Shown: piece after piece, positions 9,447 through 19,699 of the stretch | How the letters are laid out: each line of letters starts with the position of its first letter | Numbering within the stretch: the first letter of the stretch is position 1 | Origin: Dongiaceae bacterium | GTDB lineage: Bacteria > Pseudomonadota > Alphaproteobacteria > Dongiales > Dongiaceae | Direction of reading: 5' to 3' | Assembly: GCA_050180895.1 (NCBI GenBank) | Contig: JBFXDS010000017.1 | Coordinates: 3,559-67,558, forward strand | DNA length: 64,000 nt | The notes under the pieces: generated by a model | The model's input: the letters and a program-made list of their open reading frames with translations, nothing else | Told to the model about the DNA's origin: nothing | The model's database searches: none | Program-made: the position numbers and the translations under genes

Positions 9447-10886
9447 GTGTCCCAATCTCTCCCTCATTCCCATCCCGTCGCGGTCGCAGCCATGACCGCC
9501 CGCCCGCGCATGCCGAGCCTGATCCGCAGCCTGTCGGCGCGGCTGCTGGCGCTCACCGCGGTCTTCGTCATGCTGAGCGAGGTGCTGATCTTCGCGCCCT
9601 CGGCCGGGCGCTTCCGCCTCACCTTTCTCGAGGAGCGCATCGCCACCGGCTACGTCGCCATCCTCGCCCTGCTGGCCACGCCCGACAACATGGTGAGCGC
9701 GGAGCTGGAGCGCGAGCTGCTCAACCAGGCCGGCGCCTACATCGTCGCCCTGCGCCGTCCCGACGGCGTCAAGCTCATGCTCGAGGCCGACATGCCGCCG
9801 CGGGTCGACGCCAGCTTCGACCTGCGCGAGCGCGGCTTCTTCATGCTGATCGGCGATGCCTTCGCGACGCTGTTCCAGAGCGAGAACCGCATCCTGCGCG
9901 TCGTCGCCCCGTCGCCGCGCCATCCCCAGGCCATCGTCGAGATCGTCATCGACGAGGCGCCGATGCGCATGGCGCTGATCGACTACTCCAACCGCATCCT
10001 GGCGCTCTCCATCGTCATCTCGCTGGTCACCGCCGCCCTCGTCTATCTCAGCCTGCAATGGCTCCTGGTGCGGCCGATGCGGCGCATGACCGAGAGCATG
10101 ATGGCCTTCCGCGAGAACCCGGAGGACCTGTCGCGCCCGCCGCCGCTCAGCGCCCGCAGCGACGAGCTCGGCGTCGCCCAGAACGAGCTGGCGGACATGC
10201 AGGCCGAGCTGCGCGCCGCCCTGCAGCAGAAGACGCGCCTCGCCGCCCTCGGCACTGCCGTCACCAAGATCAACCACGACCTGCGCAACATCCTGACCAC
10301 GGCGCAGCTGGTCGCCGACCGCCTCGCCGGCAGCGACAACCCGGAGGTCAAGCGGATGACGCCGACCCTGCTCGCCGCCATCGACCGCGCCATCGACCTC
10401 TGCTCGAAGACCCTGACCTTCACGCGCGAGGGTCCGCCGGCGCTGACCCGCCGGCGATTCCCCCTGCGCGCCCTGATCGAGGAGGTCGGCGCCGCCCTGC
10501 CGGCGCAGGTCGACGGCCGGCGGGTGCTGTTCAACGACGTCGCCGGGGAGCTCGAGATCGCCGGCGACCGCGACCAGCTCTTCCGCGTCTTCGCCAACCT
10601 CGGCCAGAACGCGGTCCAGGCCGGCGCCACCCGCATCGACGTCGCCGCGCGCCGCGCCGACGGCCGTATCGTCATCGAGATCGCCGACAACGGCCCCGGC
10701 TTGCCGCCGCGCGCCCGCGACAAGCTGTTCCAGCCCTTCGCCGGCTCCGCCCGTCCCGGCGGCAGCGGCCTCGGCCTCGCCATCGCCCGCGATCTCATGC
10801 ACGCTCATGGCGGCGACATCCGGCTTGCCCGCTCCGATGGCGCCGGCACGGCCTTCGAGCTGGAGCTTCCGGCGGCCGACCGATGA
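9447..10886 (+). CDS. membrane-bound sensor histidine kinase
   Basis: Two N-terminal TM segments, H-box LGTAVTKINHDLRNIL, N/G boxes FANLGQNAVQAG, DNGPGLPP, GSGLGLAIARDLMHAHGG. Start could be Met 9492. Confidence 0.85.
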   Translation: MSQSLPHSHPVAVAAMTARPRMPSLIRSLSARLLALTAVFVMLSEVLIFAPSAGRFRLTFLEERIATGYVAILALLATPDNMVSAELERELLNQAGAYIVALRRPDGVKLMLEADMPPRVDASFDLRERGFFMLIGDAFATLFQSENRILRVVAPSPRHPQAIVEIVIDEAPMRMALIDYSNRILALSIVISLVTAALVYLSLQWLLVRPMRRMTESMMAFRENPEDLSRPPPLSARSDELGVAQNELADMQAELRAALQQKTRLAALGTAVTKINHDLRNILTTAQLVADRLAGSDNPEVKRMTPTLLAAIDRAIDLCSKTLTFTREGPPALTRRRFPLRALIEEVGAALPAQVDGRRVLFNDVAGELEIAGDRDQLFRVFANLGQNAVQAGATRIDVAARRADGRIVIEIADNGPGLPPRARDKLFQPFAGSARPGGSGLGLAIARDLMHAHGGDIRLARSDGAGTAFELELPAADR

Positions 10887-11018
10887 GCCGCCTCGGCGCG
10901 GCCACGACCGAACGGCCGGTTTGCGCGCCGCCGCTCGCGCCGGCAAACTGGGACAGGGGTCCTTCGTCCGGCAGGTGCACATGGCAAGCTTGGCGCCGAC
11001 TGTTCGACTGAGGCAGCC

Positions 11019-12245
11019 ATGACCACGGAAACGCTGTCCACCCGCTGCTGCATCGTCGGCGGCGGCCCCGCGGGCATGATGCTGGGGCTGCTGCTGGCCC
11101 GCGCCGGGATCGACACGGTGGTGCTGGAGAAGCATGCCGACTTCCTGCGCGATTTCCGCGGCGACACCATCCACCCCTCGACGCTCGAGGTCGTCCACGA
11201 GCTCGGCCTGCTCGACGCGTTCCTGAAGCTCCCGCATCAGCAGGCGCGGCGGCTCGTCGCCGGCTTCGGCGACGCCGAGCTGCCGATCGCCGACTTCACG
11301 CATCTGCCGACCCGCTGCAAGTTCCTTGCCTTCATGCCGCAGTGGGATTTCCTCGATTTCCTCGCGGGCGAGGCGGCACGCTATCCGGCCTTCGCCCTGC
11401 GCATGCAGGCCGAGGCGACCGGACTCATCGAGGAGGGCGGCCGCATCGTCGGCGTCGCCGCGCACGCGCCCGGCGGTCCGCTGGCGGTGCGCGCCGGCCT
11501 CGTCGTCGGCGCCGACGGCCGCCAGTCGATCGTGCGCCAGGCCGCCGGCCTGCGCGTCGAGGATCTCGGCGCGCCCATGGACGTGCTGTGGTTCGGCCTG
11601 TCGCACAAGCCCGGCGATCCCGTGGACTCGATGGGACGCTTCGCGGTCGGCAACATCCTCGCGCTCATCTACCGCGGCGACTACTGGCAATGCGGCTACG
11701 TCATCCCCAAGGATTCGAGCGCCCTGATCCGGCGGGACGGGCTGCCCGCCTTCCGCGAAAACCTGGCGCGGCTGGCGCCGTTCTTTCGCGACCGCGTCGA
11801 CGAACTGCAGAGCTGGGACCAGGTGAAGCTGCTGACCGTGCGCGTCGACCGCCTGGCGCGCTGGCACCGGCCGGGGCTGCTGTGCATCGGCGACGCCGCG
11901 CACGCCATGTCGCCGGTCGGCGGCGTCGGCATCAACTTGGCGATCCAGGACGCGGTCGCCGCCGCCAACATCCTGGCCGCGCCGCTGCGCGAGGACCGGC
12001 TGACCGAGGCGGATCTCGATCAGGTCCAGCGCCGGCGCACCTTGCCGACGCGGCTGACCCAGCGCATGCAGATCCTCGTGCAGAACCGCGTCATCAGCCG
12101 CGTCCTTGGCCGCACCGAGCCGCTGTCGCCGCCCTGGCTGGTCCGGCTGATGGCGCGCTGCCCGCGGCTGCGCCGCCTTCCCGCCCGCCTGGTCGGCATC
12201 GGCGTCCGCCCCGAGCATGTGCGCACGCCGGCGGCGCGGCGCTAG
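11019..12245 (+). CDS. FAD-dependent monooxygenase/oxidoreductase (UbiH/PHBH-fold)
   Basis: CCIVGGGPAGMMLGLLLARAGIDTVVLEK dinucleotide fold, GADGRQS, and CIGDAAHAMSPVGGVGINLAIQDA motif. Confidence 0.8.
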   Translation: MTTETLSTRCCIVGGGPAGMMLGLLLARAGIDTVVLEKHADFLRDFRGDTIHPSTLEVVHELGLLDAFLKLPHQQARRLVAGFGDAELPIADFTHLPTRCKFLAFMPQWDFLDFLAGEAARYPAFALRMQAEATGLIEEGGRIVGVAAHAPGGPLAVRAGLVVGADGRQSIVRQAAGLRVEDLGAPMDVLWFGLSHKPGDPVDSMGRFAVGNILALIYRGDYWQCGYVIPKDSSALIRRDGLPAFRENLARLAPFFRDRVDELQSWDQVKLLTVRVDRLARWHRPGLLCIGDAAHAMSPVGGVGINLAIQDAVAAANILAAPLREDRLTEADLDQVQRRRTLPTRLTQRMQILVQNRVISRVLGRTEPLSPPWLVRLMARCPRLRRLPARLVGIGVRPEHVRTPAARR

Positions 12246-12299
12246 ACCCGCGCCCTCTCGGCGCAAGCGCGCCAAGCCTGATGAGCGGCATGTCTGTCC

Positions 12300-12382
12300 T
12301 GCGTCCTTCGACAGGCTCAGGATGAGGAAGAATTTTGGTGGCACAAAGAACGCCCCTCATCCTGAGCCTGTCGAAGGACGCA
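12300..12382 (+). repeat. 83-nt hairpin MITE/REP-like element, copy d
   Basis: TGCGTCCTTCGACAGGCTCAGGATGAGG..loop..CCCTCATCCTGAGCCTGTCGAAGGACGCA. Arm position A/G covaries with T/C. Confidence 0.9.
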
Positions 12383-12514
12383 CGATATCGGTCCGAGCAA
12401 AAGGCGGCGTTTGCTCGGCGCATGTTAACCTTAATGGGGACGGAGTCGGCAGCGCCTCGAAATCTCGACTCGAAATCGGTGCAAAATTGAGATAATTTTA
12501 CGCTTCATTAAACG

Positions 12515-12946
12515 ATGCGCTGTAGTCTCTCGGACGATAAGGCGCAAAGGTTCGCGAGTCCGGCACCGGAGCAGGCGGCGATGATCCCGCAGTTGGTATG
12601 GACCGACTATCTCGGCCGCAAGTACGCCTACTCCCTGTTCGACTTCGACCAGGAGTGGGTCGACTTCCCCGGCAACTACATCTTCGCCCGGCGCACCGTC
12701 CGCGGCTGGGAGCCGCTCTACATCGGCGAGGCGGAGAGCCTGAAGCGCCGCCTCAACCGCAAGCACGAGGCCTGGGCCTACTGCCGCAGCCGCGGCGCCA
12801 CCCACGTGCTCGTGCATTTCAACTTCGCCGGCCGCAAGGCGCGCCAGGACGAGGAGCAGGGCCTGATCATCGCCTACGATCCGCCCGGCAACAATCCGCA
12901 GCCCGCCGGCTACGTCGTCCTCCCCGACTTCAGCAAGTCCGCCTGA
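12515..12946 (+). CDS. stand-alone GIY-YIG nuclease-superfamily domain protein (putative)
   Basis: GNYIFARRTVRGWEPLYIGEA (GxY-x10-YxG), then SLKRRL, H, QDEEQGLI and PPGNN in the usual order for GIY-YIG. Preceded by a low-GC tract. Start may be Met 12581. Confidence 0.5.
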   Translation: MRCSLSDDKAQRFASPAPEQAAMIPQLVWTDYLGRKYAYSLFDFDQEWVDFPGNYIFARRTVRGWEPLYIGEAESLKRRLNRKHEAWAYCRSRGATHVLVHFNFAGRKARQDEEQGLIIAYDPPGNNPQPAGYVVLPDFSKSA

Positions 12947-13091
12947 CCGGCGCGAAACAGTCCCGCTCGCTCGTCACGTGACGCGCAGCCAGGCTGCTCA
13001 TCGCAGCTATGTATTCCGGAAGTCTCGCCCGATAGACTCCACGACAACCCGCCAATACAATCGCTTTCGACAACGCCTTGCGAAAGCGCCG

Positions 13092-13709
13092 CTACAGCGG
13101 CGGGCTGGCAGCGCCGATGGGCTTTATCCAGAAGGGGAAAAGGCCGCTCTGCTGCGTCCAGCCCTCGCCCGGCATCCAATCGCAATAGATCACACGGACC
13201 CACAGAGACGGATCGTCCGGCATCCAGCGGCAGGCCTTGGTCGATGCCTGCGCCGTCTCCCTGACGCGCGTGAGCGTGTTGGGCATGGCGCCGAGAGCGT
13301 CGTCCTGCATGACCATCGTCCCCGACCAGATTTCGACGATGTCGCCCGCCGCCGCCGTTCGCCCCTCCGGCACATAGGCCAGCAGGATGGTCGCCTCCTC
13401 GTTGGGGCCGCCGCAGCATTGCACCCGCGCCACGACCGCGCTGCCGTCGCGGATCTTCTCGTCGGGTATCCCGGCCGCGATCAGGACGTCGTAGCCCCAC
13501 CCTCCGTTCTTGATTTCCTCCCGCGTCGCGGTGTGTATCACCTCGGCGACGCGCAGCGATCCGCTGGGCACATTGTTGGCATGGAACCGCGACGTCCTGC
13601 TGGCCAGCGGCGTGTTCGGCGTGGCGGCGCAGGCCGCGATCCCCAGGAGCAGCGCGGCCGCAAGACTCCCCTGAGCCATGCGGGTCCGCGGCATTGCCGT
13701 CCGATGCAT
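13092..13709 (-). CDS. hypothetical lipoprotein
   Basis: ORF 13092..13946. Lipobox LLLGIAAC after Met 13709 (or 13679). No family recognised. Cys-rich (CCGG, CRW, YCDW). Confidence 0.55.
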   Translation of the reverse strand: MHRTAMPRTRMAQGSLAAALLLGIAACAATPNTPLASRTSRFHANNVPSGSLRVAEVIHTATREEIKNGGWGYDVLIAAGIPDEKIRDGSAVVARVQCCGGPNEEATILLAYVPEGRTAAAGDIVEIWSGTMVMQDDALGAMPNTLTRVRETAQASTKACRWMPDDPSLWVRVIYCDWMPGEGWTQQSGLFPFWIKPIGAASPPL

Positions 13710-13899
13710 GCGATCTCTCCTCAACGCATCTCCCGCAGGTGCGGATTCCGTTTGGGCATCCTGTCCCAGACCGTTGAGACTGAGAAGCCAGCTTACCCCT
13801 ATTCCTATGGTCGCCGCCCCTCCCATTTGGGAGGGACTCGCGGTATCGGAGCGCGGTACGGCCGTGACCGATGAGGCGGCATTTTTTGCGGGTTTTCGC

Positions 13900-13928
13900 T
13901 TGCAATTACCCACAAATGTTCTTATATT
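13900..13928 (+). promoter_or_regulatory. near-consensus sigma70-type promoter TTGCAA-N17-TATATT
   Basis: TTGCAA 13900-13905, exactly 17 nt, then TATATT 13923-13928, preceded by a T-rich tract. Stands out in a locally AT-rich patch of a high-GC genome. Fires rightwards into a ~675-nt non-coding stretch. Confidence 0.5.
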
Positions 13929-14085
13929 GTTCTTTCCTCTGCCCACCCCTGGGCGACCCGGGATGCGGCAGCTTGTTGTTTGACATCGTGGATAGGTTCT
14001 CGAGAAAGACGCCGTAATGGCTCATGCCGCGGCGCGATCCTTCGTCATGGGCAATCAAGCATTGATCTTTACTTTTGGGGCGGCT

Positions 14086-14495
14086 CCCGCTGGGCATGGG
14101 GTCCATCGCTCATTTTTCGCGCGGGGACGATTCACGCGGAGACGCGAAGGCGCGGAGGATATGAGCGTGCACAACCCGGAAGCGGCCCCCCGCCAATTCT
14201 GCTCCGCGCTTCCGCGGCTCCGCGTGGGTCAAATCCGCTGTTCCCCGCTGGGCATGGGGTCCATCGTCGCTTTTTTGGCATGCGTAACTTTGTTTTCACA
14301 TCGGAGGGCCTGCGCGAGGTTCGGGCCGGTGGCGCCATCCAGCGGCTATCTCCGCTTGGCATGGGGTCCATCGCTCGGAAGCCGGAAGTCAGAAGTCGGA
14401 AGGCCGTCGGCACCCCACCAGTCCCCGCCCGGCCGCAGAAGCGCTGCCCTTCTGTCTTCCGGTCTCTCCGCTGGACATGGGGTTCATTCGTCGCT
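14086..14495 (+). repeat. four degenerate direct repeats, core CYCCGCTGGGCATGGGGTCCATCG
   Basis: Cores start at 14086, 14244, 14350 and 14466, with spacing about 158/107/116 nt. Three of four are followed within 2-3 nt by a T-run (CATTTTTCG, GCTTTTTTGG, GCTTTTCGG). No consistent reading frame. Confidence 0.7.
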
Positions 14496-14609
14496 TTTCG
14501 GGTCGACGACTTCGTCCAGCGGTGCACATCGCCGCACCCGGTTGCCTCGCGCGACCGCCCGCCCTACTGTGCGCCCGGCCGCGCCGCGCGGCCGATGATG
14601 GGGTGACGC

Positions 14610-14879
14610 ATGATGACGATCGCGATCGTGGGCATCTTCCTGATCCTGGCCATGGGAGCCGGCCTCTACGTCGCCGGCCGCGTCCCGGGCACGACCAACT
14701 GGGTGCTCGGCGGCCTCAGCGGCATCCTCGGCCTCGGCGGCCTGTTCGTCTCCGCCCGCGCCGGCGCCGGCGATCCGGTCGGCCACTATGGCGGCCTCCT
14801 GCTCTTTGCCATCGGCCTGCTGATCGTCTTCTATTTCGTGAAGCTCGGCCTCGACGAGGCCGAGAAGCACCGGCACTGA
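14610..14879 (+). CDS. small hydrophobic membrane protein (3 predicted TM), hypothetical
   Basis: 89 aa: MMTIAIVGIFLILAMGAGLYVAG..LGGLSGILGLGGLFV..LLLFAIGLLIVFYFVKLGL. High GC3 consistent with real coding. Confidence 0.6.
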   Translation: MMTIAIVGIFLILAMGAGLYVAGRVPGTTNWVLGGLSGILGLGGLFVSARAGAGDPVGHYGGLLLFAIGLLIVFYFVKLGLDEAEKHRH

Positions 14880-14889
14880 GCCGTCGCCC

Positions 14890-16125
14890 TCAATCGACCT
14901 GCAGCAGCAGCGCCTTCAGATAGGCCGTCTCCGGCAGGGAGGGATGCACCGGGTGGTCCGGCCCGGCGCCCGAGGCGCGGAGGATGCGTCCGCCGCGGTC
15001 GGCATCGCCCAGGCCGCGCGCCGCCTGCTCGCCGAAGTTCTCGGCCGTCATGTGGTGCGAGCAGGAGGCGATGAAGAGGAAGCCGCCGGGCCGCACCAGC
15101 CCGGCCGCCAGCCGCGCCAGCTTGCGATAGCCGCGCGCCGCCTGGTTCAGCTCCTTCTTCGACTTGACGAAGGCCGGCGGGTCGGCAACGACGATGTCGA
15201 AAAGCTCGCCCCGCGCCGCCAGCGCCTCCAGCGCGCCGAAGGCGTCGCCGCGCTCGAACCGACAACGGGCCGCGACACCGTTGAGCGCCGCCGCGCGCGC
15301 CGCCAGCGCCAGCGCTGGCTCCGACCGGTCGATGCCCAACACCGCGGCGGCGCCGGCCGCGGCCGCCTGCACCGCGAAGCCGCCGGTGTAGCAGTAGACG
15401 TCGAGGACGCGCGCCCTGGCGGCGAGCCGCGCCACGCTGGCCCGGTTCTCACGCTGATCGAAGAACCAGCCGGTCTTCTGGCCCGCGCCGAGGTCGGCGA
15501 GGAAGCGCGCCCCGTTCTCGACCAGTTCGACCGGCCCGGCGATCTCGCTCTTGGCCCAGCGGCTATAGTTCTCCAGCCCCTCCAGCGCCCGCGCCGGGCT
15601 GTCGTTGCGCAGCATCACCGCCGCGGGCGACACCACCTCATCGAGCGCCGCCAGCAGCTCCAGCAGCAGCCGCTCCATCCCCGCGCTGTTGGCCTGCAGC
15701 ACGAGGCCGTCGCCGAAGCGGTCGATGACGAGGCCGGGGAAGCCGTCCGCCTCGGCATGGACGAGGCGGTAGAACGGCCGCTCGAACAGGCGGTCGCGCA
15801 GCGCCTTGGCCCGCTGCAGCCGCTCCGCCAGGAAGCCGCGGTCGATCACGGCGGCGGGGTCGCGCGAGAGCAGCCGCGCCGCGATCAGCGAATGCGGGTT
15901 GAACAGCGCCGTGCCGAGCGCGCGGCCGTCATGGCTCGCCACCGAGACGACACTGCCCGGCGCGATCGCCTTGGTGGCCGCGTCCATGGCCACCTCGTTG
16001 GAGAACACCCAGGGATGGCCGGCGGCCACCCGCCGATGCTCGCCGCTCCGGAGCGTGATCGCCGGCCGCTCAGTCGCCAAGCGCGATTCCCTCGCGCCGC
16101 CGGTCGGCGCCGCCCAGCAGACCAT
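14890..16125 (-). CDS. class I SAM-dependent rRNA methyltransferase (RlmI/PUA-domain type)
   Basis: N-terminal LRSGEHRRVAAGHPWVFSNEV, SAM fold VLDVYCYTGGFAVQAA and DIVVADPPAF. The start may be a TTG near 16080 rather than 16125, which overlaps the ggt 3' end. Confidence 0.8.
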   Translation of the reverse strand: MVCWAAPTGGARESRLATERPAITLRSGEHRRVAAGHPWVFSNEVAMDAATKAIAPGSVVSVASHDGRALGTALFNPHSLIAARLLSRDPAAVIDRGFLAERLQRAKALRDRLFERPFYRLVHAEADGFPGLVIDRFGDGLVLQANSAGMERLLLELLAALDEVVSPAAVMLRNDSPARALEGLENYSRWAKSEIAGPVELVENGARFLADLGAGQKTGWFFDQRENRASVARLAARARVLDVYCYTGGFAVQAAAAGAAAVLGIDRSEPALALAARAAALNGVAARCRFERGDAFGALEALAARGELFDIVVADPPAFVKSKKELNQAARGYRKLARLAAGLVRPGGFLFIASCSHHMTAENFGEQAARGLGDADRGGRILRASGAGPDHPVHPSLPETAYLKALLLQVD

Positions 16126-17809
16126 CGGGCGTGACCAGGATGGCGGCCAGCCCGCTCGTCATCGTCGTGAGCTTGATCTCGTGGCCCATCGCCTCGAGCG
16201 CCTGCGCGATCCGCACCAGCGGCGTGCCCTCTTCCAGCTCGGTGGCGCCGTTGCGGTTGCCGAGGTTGGGCAGGTCGACCGCCGCCTGCGGATCCAGGCT
16301 CCAGTCGAGGACGGCGATCACCGTTTTCGCGACATAGGGGATGATCGACGCGCCGCCGGGCGAGCCGACGACGAGCACCAGCCGGTCCTCCGCATCGAAG
16401 ACCATGGTCGGGGCCATGGAGCTGCGCGGGCGCTTGCCCGGCTCGATCCGGTTGGCGACCGGACGGCCGCCGCGCTCGGGCTGGAAGGCGAAATCGGTGA
16501 GCTGATTGTTGAGCAGAAAGCCGTCGACGAAGAGCCGCGAGCCGAACGCGCCTTCGATGCTCGTGGTGAAGCTGACGGCGTTGCCGTCGGCGTCGAGGAT
16601 GCTGATCTGGCTGGTCGAGACCGGCTCGGGCTGCGGCGGCGGTGTCGCCCACTCCGCCTGCTGCGCGAAGCTGCCGGGCGCGGCCTTGCCGAGATCGCGG
16701 TCGCTCGGGATCAGTCGCGAGCGCTCCTCCAGGTAGGGGTCGTCCAGCAGCTGCGCGACCGGCACGGCCACCTTGTCCGGATCGGCGAGATAGCGGTCGC
16801 GGTCGGCAAAGGCCAGGCGCCCGGCCTGGGCGAAGAGATGCGCGGCCTCGACGCTGTCCGGTCCCGCCGCCACCAGGTCGAAGCGCTCCAGCAGCCGCAG
16901 CATCTGCAGCACCGCGACGCCGCCCGAGGACGGCGGCCCCATGCCGCAGACGCGCCACAGGCGATAGGGCGCGCAGACCGGCGCGCGCTCCTTGGCCGCG
17001 TAGTCCGCAAGATCGGCCAGGCTCATGCGGCCCGGCTGCAGCGGCGAGCGGGTGACGGCGGCGGCGATGTCGCCGGCGATGCGCCCCTCGTAGAAGGCGT
17101 CCGCGCCGCCCGCGGCGATGCGGCGCAACGTGTCGGCCAGCGCCGGGTTGCGCAGCGTCGTTCCCACGGGATGCGGGCTCCCGTCGCCGCCGTAGAAGTA
17201 GGCCGCGGCGGCCGGCAGCCGCCTGAGGTGCTCGTCGTCGGCGAGCAGCGCATGCAGACGCGGCGAGACGGGGAAGCCCTCCTCGGCCAGTTCGATCGCT
17301 GGCGCGAACAAATCCGCCCAGGGCAGACGCCCATGCGCGCGGTGCGCGAGTTCCAACAACCGCAGCGCGCCGGGCACGCCGACGGAGAGTCCGCCGACAA
17401 CGGCCTCGTCGAAGTCCATCGCGGTGCCGTCGGGCCGCAGGAACATGTCGGCGCTCGCCGCCGCCGGCGCCGTCTCGCGGCCGTCATAGCTCGTCAGGTC
17501 CCGACTCCCGGCGTCGTAGTGGAGCAGGAAGCCGCCGCCGCCGAGGCCGGAGGATTGCGGCTCGACCAGGGTCAGCACCATCTGCACCGCGACCGCCGCA
17601 TCGATGGCGCCGCCGCCCCGGCGCAGTATGTCCAGCCCGGCCGCGGCGGCCAGCGGATTGGCGGCAACCACCATCTGCCGCGCGGCCCGGACGGAGGCGC
17701 CCGCCGACGGAACCTGCGGCGGGGCCTCCATCGCCGCACAGCCCGCGGTCAGGCAGATCGCCGCCAGGGCGGCGCCGTACCACCAATTCGTTAACGTCAT
17801 CCTGCGCAT
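16070..17809 (-). CDS. ggt: gamma-glutamyltransferase
   Basis: Signal/lipobox [20 protein letters not shown], autoprocessing site [30 protein letters not shown]. Start set at Met 17809. Confidence 0.9.
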   Translation of the reverse strand: MRRMTLTNWWYGAALAAICLTAGCAAMEAPPQVPSAGASVRAARQMVVAANPLAAAAGLDILRRGGGAIDAAVAVQMVLTLVEPQSSGLGGGGFLLHYDAGSRDLTSYDGRETAPAAASADMFLRPDGTAMDFDEAVVGGLSVGVPGALRLLELAHRAHGRLPWADLFAPAIELAEEGFPVSPRLHALLADDEHLRRLPAAAAYFYGGDGSPHPVGTTLRNPALADTLRRIAAGGADAFYEGRIAGDIAAAVTRSPLQPGRMSLADLADYAAKERAPVCAPYRLWRVCGMGPPSSGGVAVLQMLRLLERFDLVAAGPDSVEAAHLFAQAGRLAFADRDRYLADPDKVAVPVAQLLDDPYLEERSRLIPSDRDLGKAAPGSFAQQAEWATPPPQPEPVSTSQISILDADGNAVSFTTSIEGAFGSRLFVDGFLLNNQLTDFAFQPERGGRPVANRIEPGKRPRSSMAPTMVFDAEDRLVLVVGSPGGASIIPYVAKTVIAVLDWSLDPQAAVDLPNLGNRNGATELEEGTPLVRIAQALEAMGHEIKLTTMTSGLAAILVTPDGLLGGADRRREGIALGD

Positions 17810-17925
17810 CGCGGCACCATACGGCAGGGCCTGACCGGCGTCGATCATCTGCCCTTGAATCCTTGTTGTGCGCTGCACAATTCAGTCGTAAGTTCTGTCA
17901 TCGAGCCGGCGGCGAGAGGTGCGAT

Positions 17926-18768
17926 ATGAGCACGGAGCGACGGACTCAGCGGATCACCGTTCCCGCGCTGCAGGCGCGCAAGGGCGGCGAGCCCATCGTC
18001 TGCCTCACTGCCTACACGACGCCGATGGCGCAACGGCTCGATCCTCACGTGGACCTTCTGCTGGTGGGCGATTCGCTGGGCATGGTGCTCTACGGATTCG
18101 AGAGCACGCTGCCCGTCACCGTCGACATGATGATCGCCCACGGCGCCGCCGTCCGCCGCGGCAGCCAGCGCGCCTGCCTCGTCGTCGACATGCCCTTCGG
18201 CAGCTACCAGGAGTCGCCGGTCGCGGCCTTTCGCGTTGCAGCACGGATCATGGCGGAGACCGGCTGCTCGGCGGTCAAGGCCGAGGGCGGGCGCGAGATG
18301 GCCGAGACCATCGCCTATCTCACCAGCCGCGGCATTCCCGTCATGGCCCATGTCGGGCTGATGCCGCAATCCGTGCACAGCCTGGGCGGCTATCGCGCCC
18401 GCGGCCGCGACCAAGCGCAGGCGCAGGACATCATCGACGACGCCGAGGCGGTGGTCGCCGCCGGCGCCTTCTCGCTGGTCATCGAGGGCACGGTCGAGTC
18501 TGTCGCCCGCACCATCACCCAGCGCGTGCCCGTGCCGACCATCGGCATCGGCGCCTCGCCCGCCTGCGACGGACAGGTGCTCGTGATCGACGACGTGATC
18601 GGCACCTTCAGCGACTTCACGCCCAAGTTCGTGCGCCGCTACGCCGAGGTCGGCGACCGCATCACCGAGGCGGTGGCCGCCTATGCCGCCGACGTGCGGG
18701 CGCGGCGCTTCCCCGGCCCCGAGAACTGCTTCGGCGCGGGACCGACCGCGCTGGCGCGTGCGAAGTAG
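17926..18768 (+). CDS. panB: 3-methyl-2-oxobutanoate hydroxymethyltransferase
   Basis: [54 protein letters not shown]. Start at ATG 17926. Confidence 0.9.
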   Translation: MSTERRTQRITVPALQARKGGEPIVCLTAYTTPMAQRLDPHVDLLLVGDSLGMVLYGFESTLPVTVDMMIAHGAAVRRGSQRACLVVDMPFGSYQESPVAAFRVAARIMAETGCSAVKAEGGREMAETIAYLTSRGIPVMAHVGLMPQSVHSLGGYRARGRDQAQAQDIIDDAEAVVAAGAFSLVIEGTVESVARTITQRVPVPTIGIGASPACDGQVLVIDDVIGTFSDFTPKFVRRYAEVGDRITEAVAAYAADVRARRFPGPENCFGAGPTALARAK

Positions 18769-18811
18769 CGCCGCCGCCCTCCGGCGGCCCGCGACGGATT
18801 TGCAGCGGCCC

Positions 18812-19699
18812 ATGGCCGACCCTGCCTCTATCCCCATCTGCCGCGCGATCGGCGATCTGCGGTCGCAGGTTTCCCCGTGGCGCAAGGCGGGGGAGACCGT
18901 CGGCCTCGTGCCGACCATGGGGTCGCTGCATGACGGCCACCTCCAGCTCGTGCGCCGTGCCAGGGCCGAGTGTCGTCGCGTCGTCGTCACGCTGTTCGTC
19001 AACCCGACGCAGTTCGGCGCGAATGAGGACCTCGCCGCCTATCCGCGCGACGAGGCGGGCGACCGCGAGAAGCTGGCGCTGGTCGGCGTCGACCTGCTGT
19101 TCGCGCCCGATGCCGCGGAGATGTATCCGCCGGGCTTCGCCACCACGGTCAGCGTCGGCGGCGGCCTCACGGACCACTTGTGCGGCCCGCACCGACCCGG
19201 CCATTTCGCGGGTGTCGCCACGATCGTCGCCAAGCTGCTGCTGCAGGCGCTGCCCGATGCCGCCTATTTCGGCGAGAAGGACTTCCAGCAGCTGCAGGTC
19301 GTCCGCCGCCTGGCGCGCGACCTGGACATCCCGACGCGCATCGTCGGCGTGCCGACCGTGCGGGATGCCAACGGCCTCGCCCTCTCTTCGCGCAACCGCT
19401 ATCTCGCCTCGTCCGAGCGGATGACCGCGATCGCCCTGCCGCGCACGATCGAGACGATCGCCCGGCGGCTCGCCCGCGCGCCCGCCGAAATCGCCGACGC
19501 CGTGGCCTGGGGCCGCGCCCAGCTCGAGGAGGCCGGCTTCACGCGGATCGACTATGTCGCGGTCTGCGACGCCGAGACGCTGCAGCCGGTGACGGAAGTG
19601 AAAGGTGCCTGCCGCGTCTTCGCCGCCGCCTGGATGGGCCGCACGCGCCTGATCGACAACATGCCGATCAACGGCACGCCGAAGATCACGGCTGGGTGA
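18812..19699 (+). CDS. panC: pantoate--beta-alanine ligase
   Basis: [42 protein letters not shown]. Start ATG 18812. The 3' end overlaps the convergent gpt by 14 nt. Confidence 0.9.
   Translation: MADPASIPICRAIGDLRSQVSPWRKAGETVGLVPTMGSLHDGHLQLVRRARAECRRVVVTLFVNPTQFGANEDLAAYPRDEAGDREKLALVGVDLLFAPDAAEMYPPGFATTVSVGGGLTDHLCGPHRPGHFAGVATIVAKLLLQALPDAAYFGEKDFQQLQVVRRLARDLDIPTRIVGVPTVRDANGLALSSRNRYLASSERMTAIALPRTIETIARRLARAPAEIADAVAWGRAQLEEAGFTRIDYVAVCDAETLQPVTEVKGACRVFAAAWMGRTRLIDNMPINGTPKITAG

Noticed and set aside
14086-14495. The repeat core as a sigma54 promoter, RpoH -10 (CCCCAT), ZTP-riboswitch 3' box (CCGCCUGGGCA) or CsrA GGA site.
   Set aside because: The GG-N10-GC spacing is not met. No CTTGAA-like -35 lies at the right distance. 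The ZTP box differs by a base and lacks the 5' subdomain. CsrA-type sRNAs have much denser GGA repeats in hairpin loops.
14017-14598. Long ORFs across the repeat region (13980..14606, 14017..14598 on plus; 13906..14106, 14132..14527 on minus) as real genes.
   Set aside because: They are Arg/Ser/Gly-rich with atypically low GC3 for this genome. The repeat cores fall in different frames of the same ORF. No family resemblance was seen. The open frames are expected by chance in GC-rich DNA.
13950-14600. The four direct repeats could be a small CRISPR array.
   Set aside because: The conserved cores are degenerate (several mismatches), only about 25 nt long, and spaced irregularly at 107-158 nt rather than by uniform 30-40-nt spacers. 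There is no palindromic repeat structure and there are no cas genes in the window.
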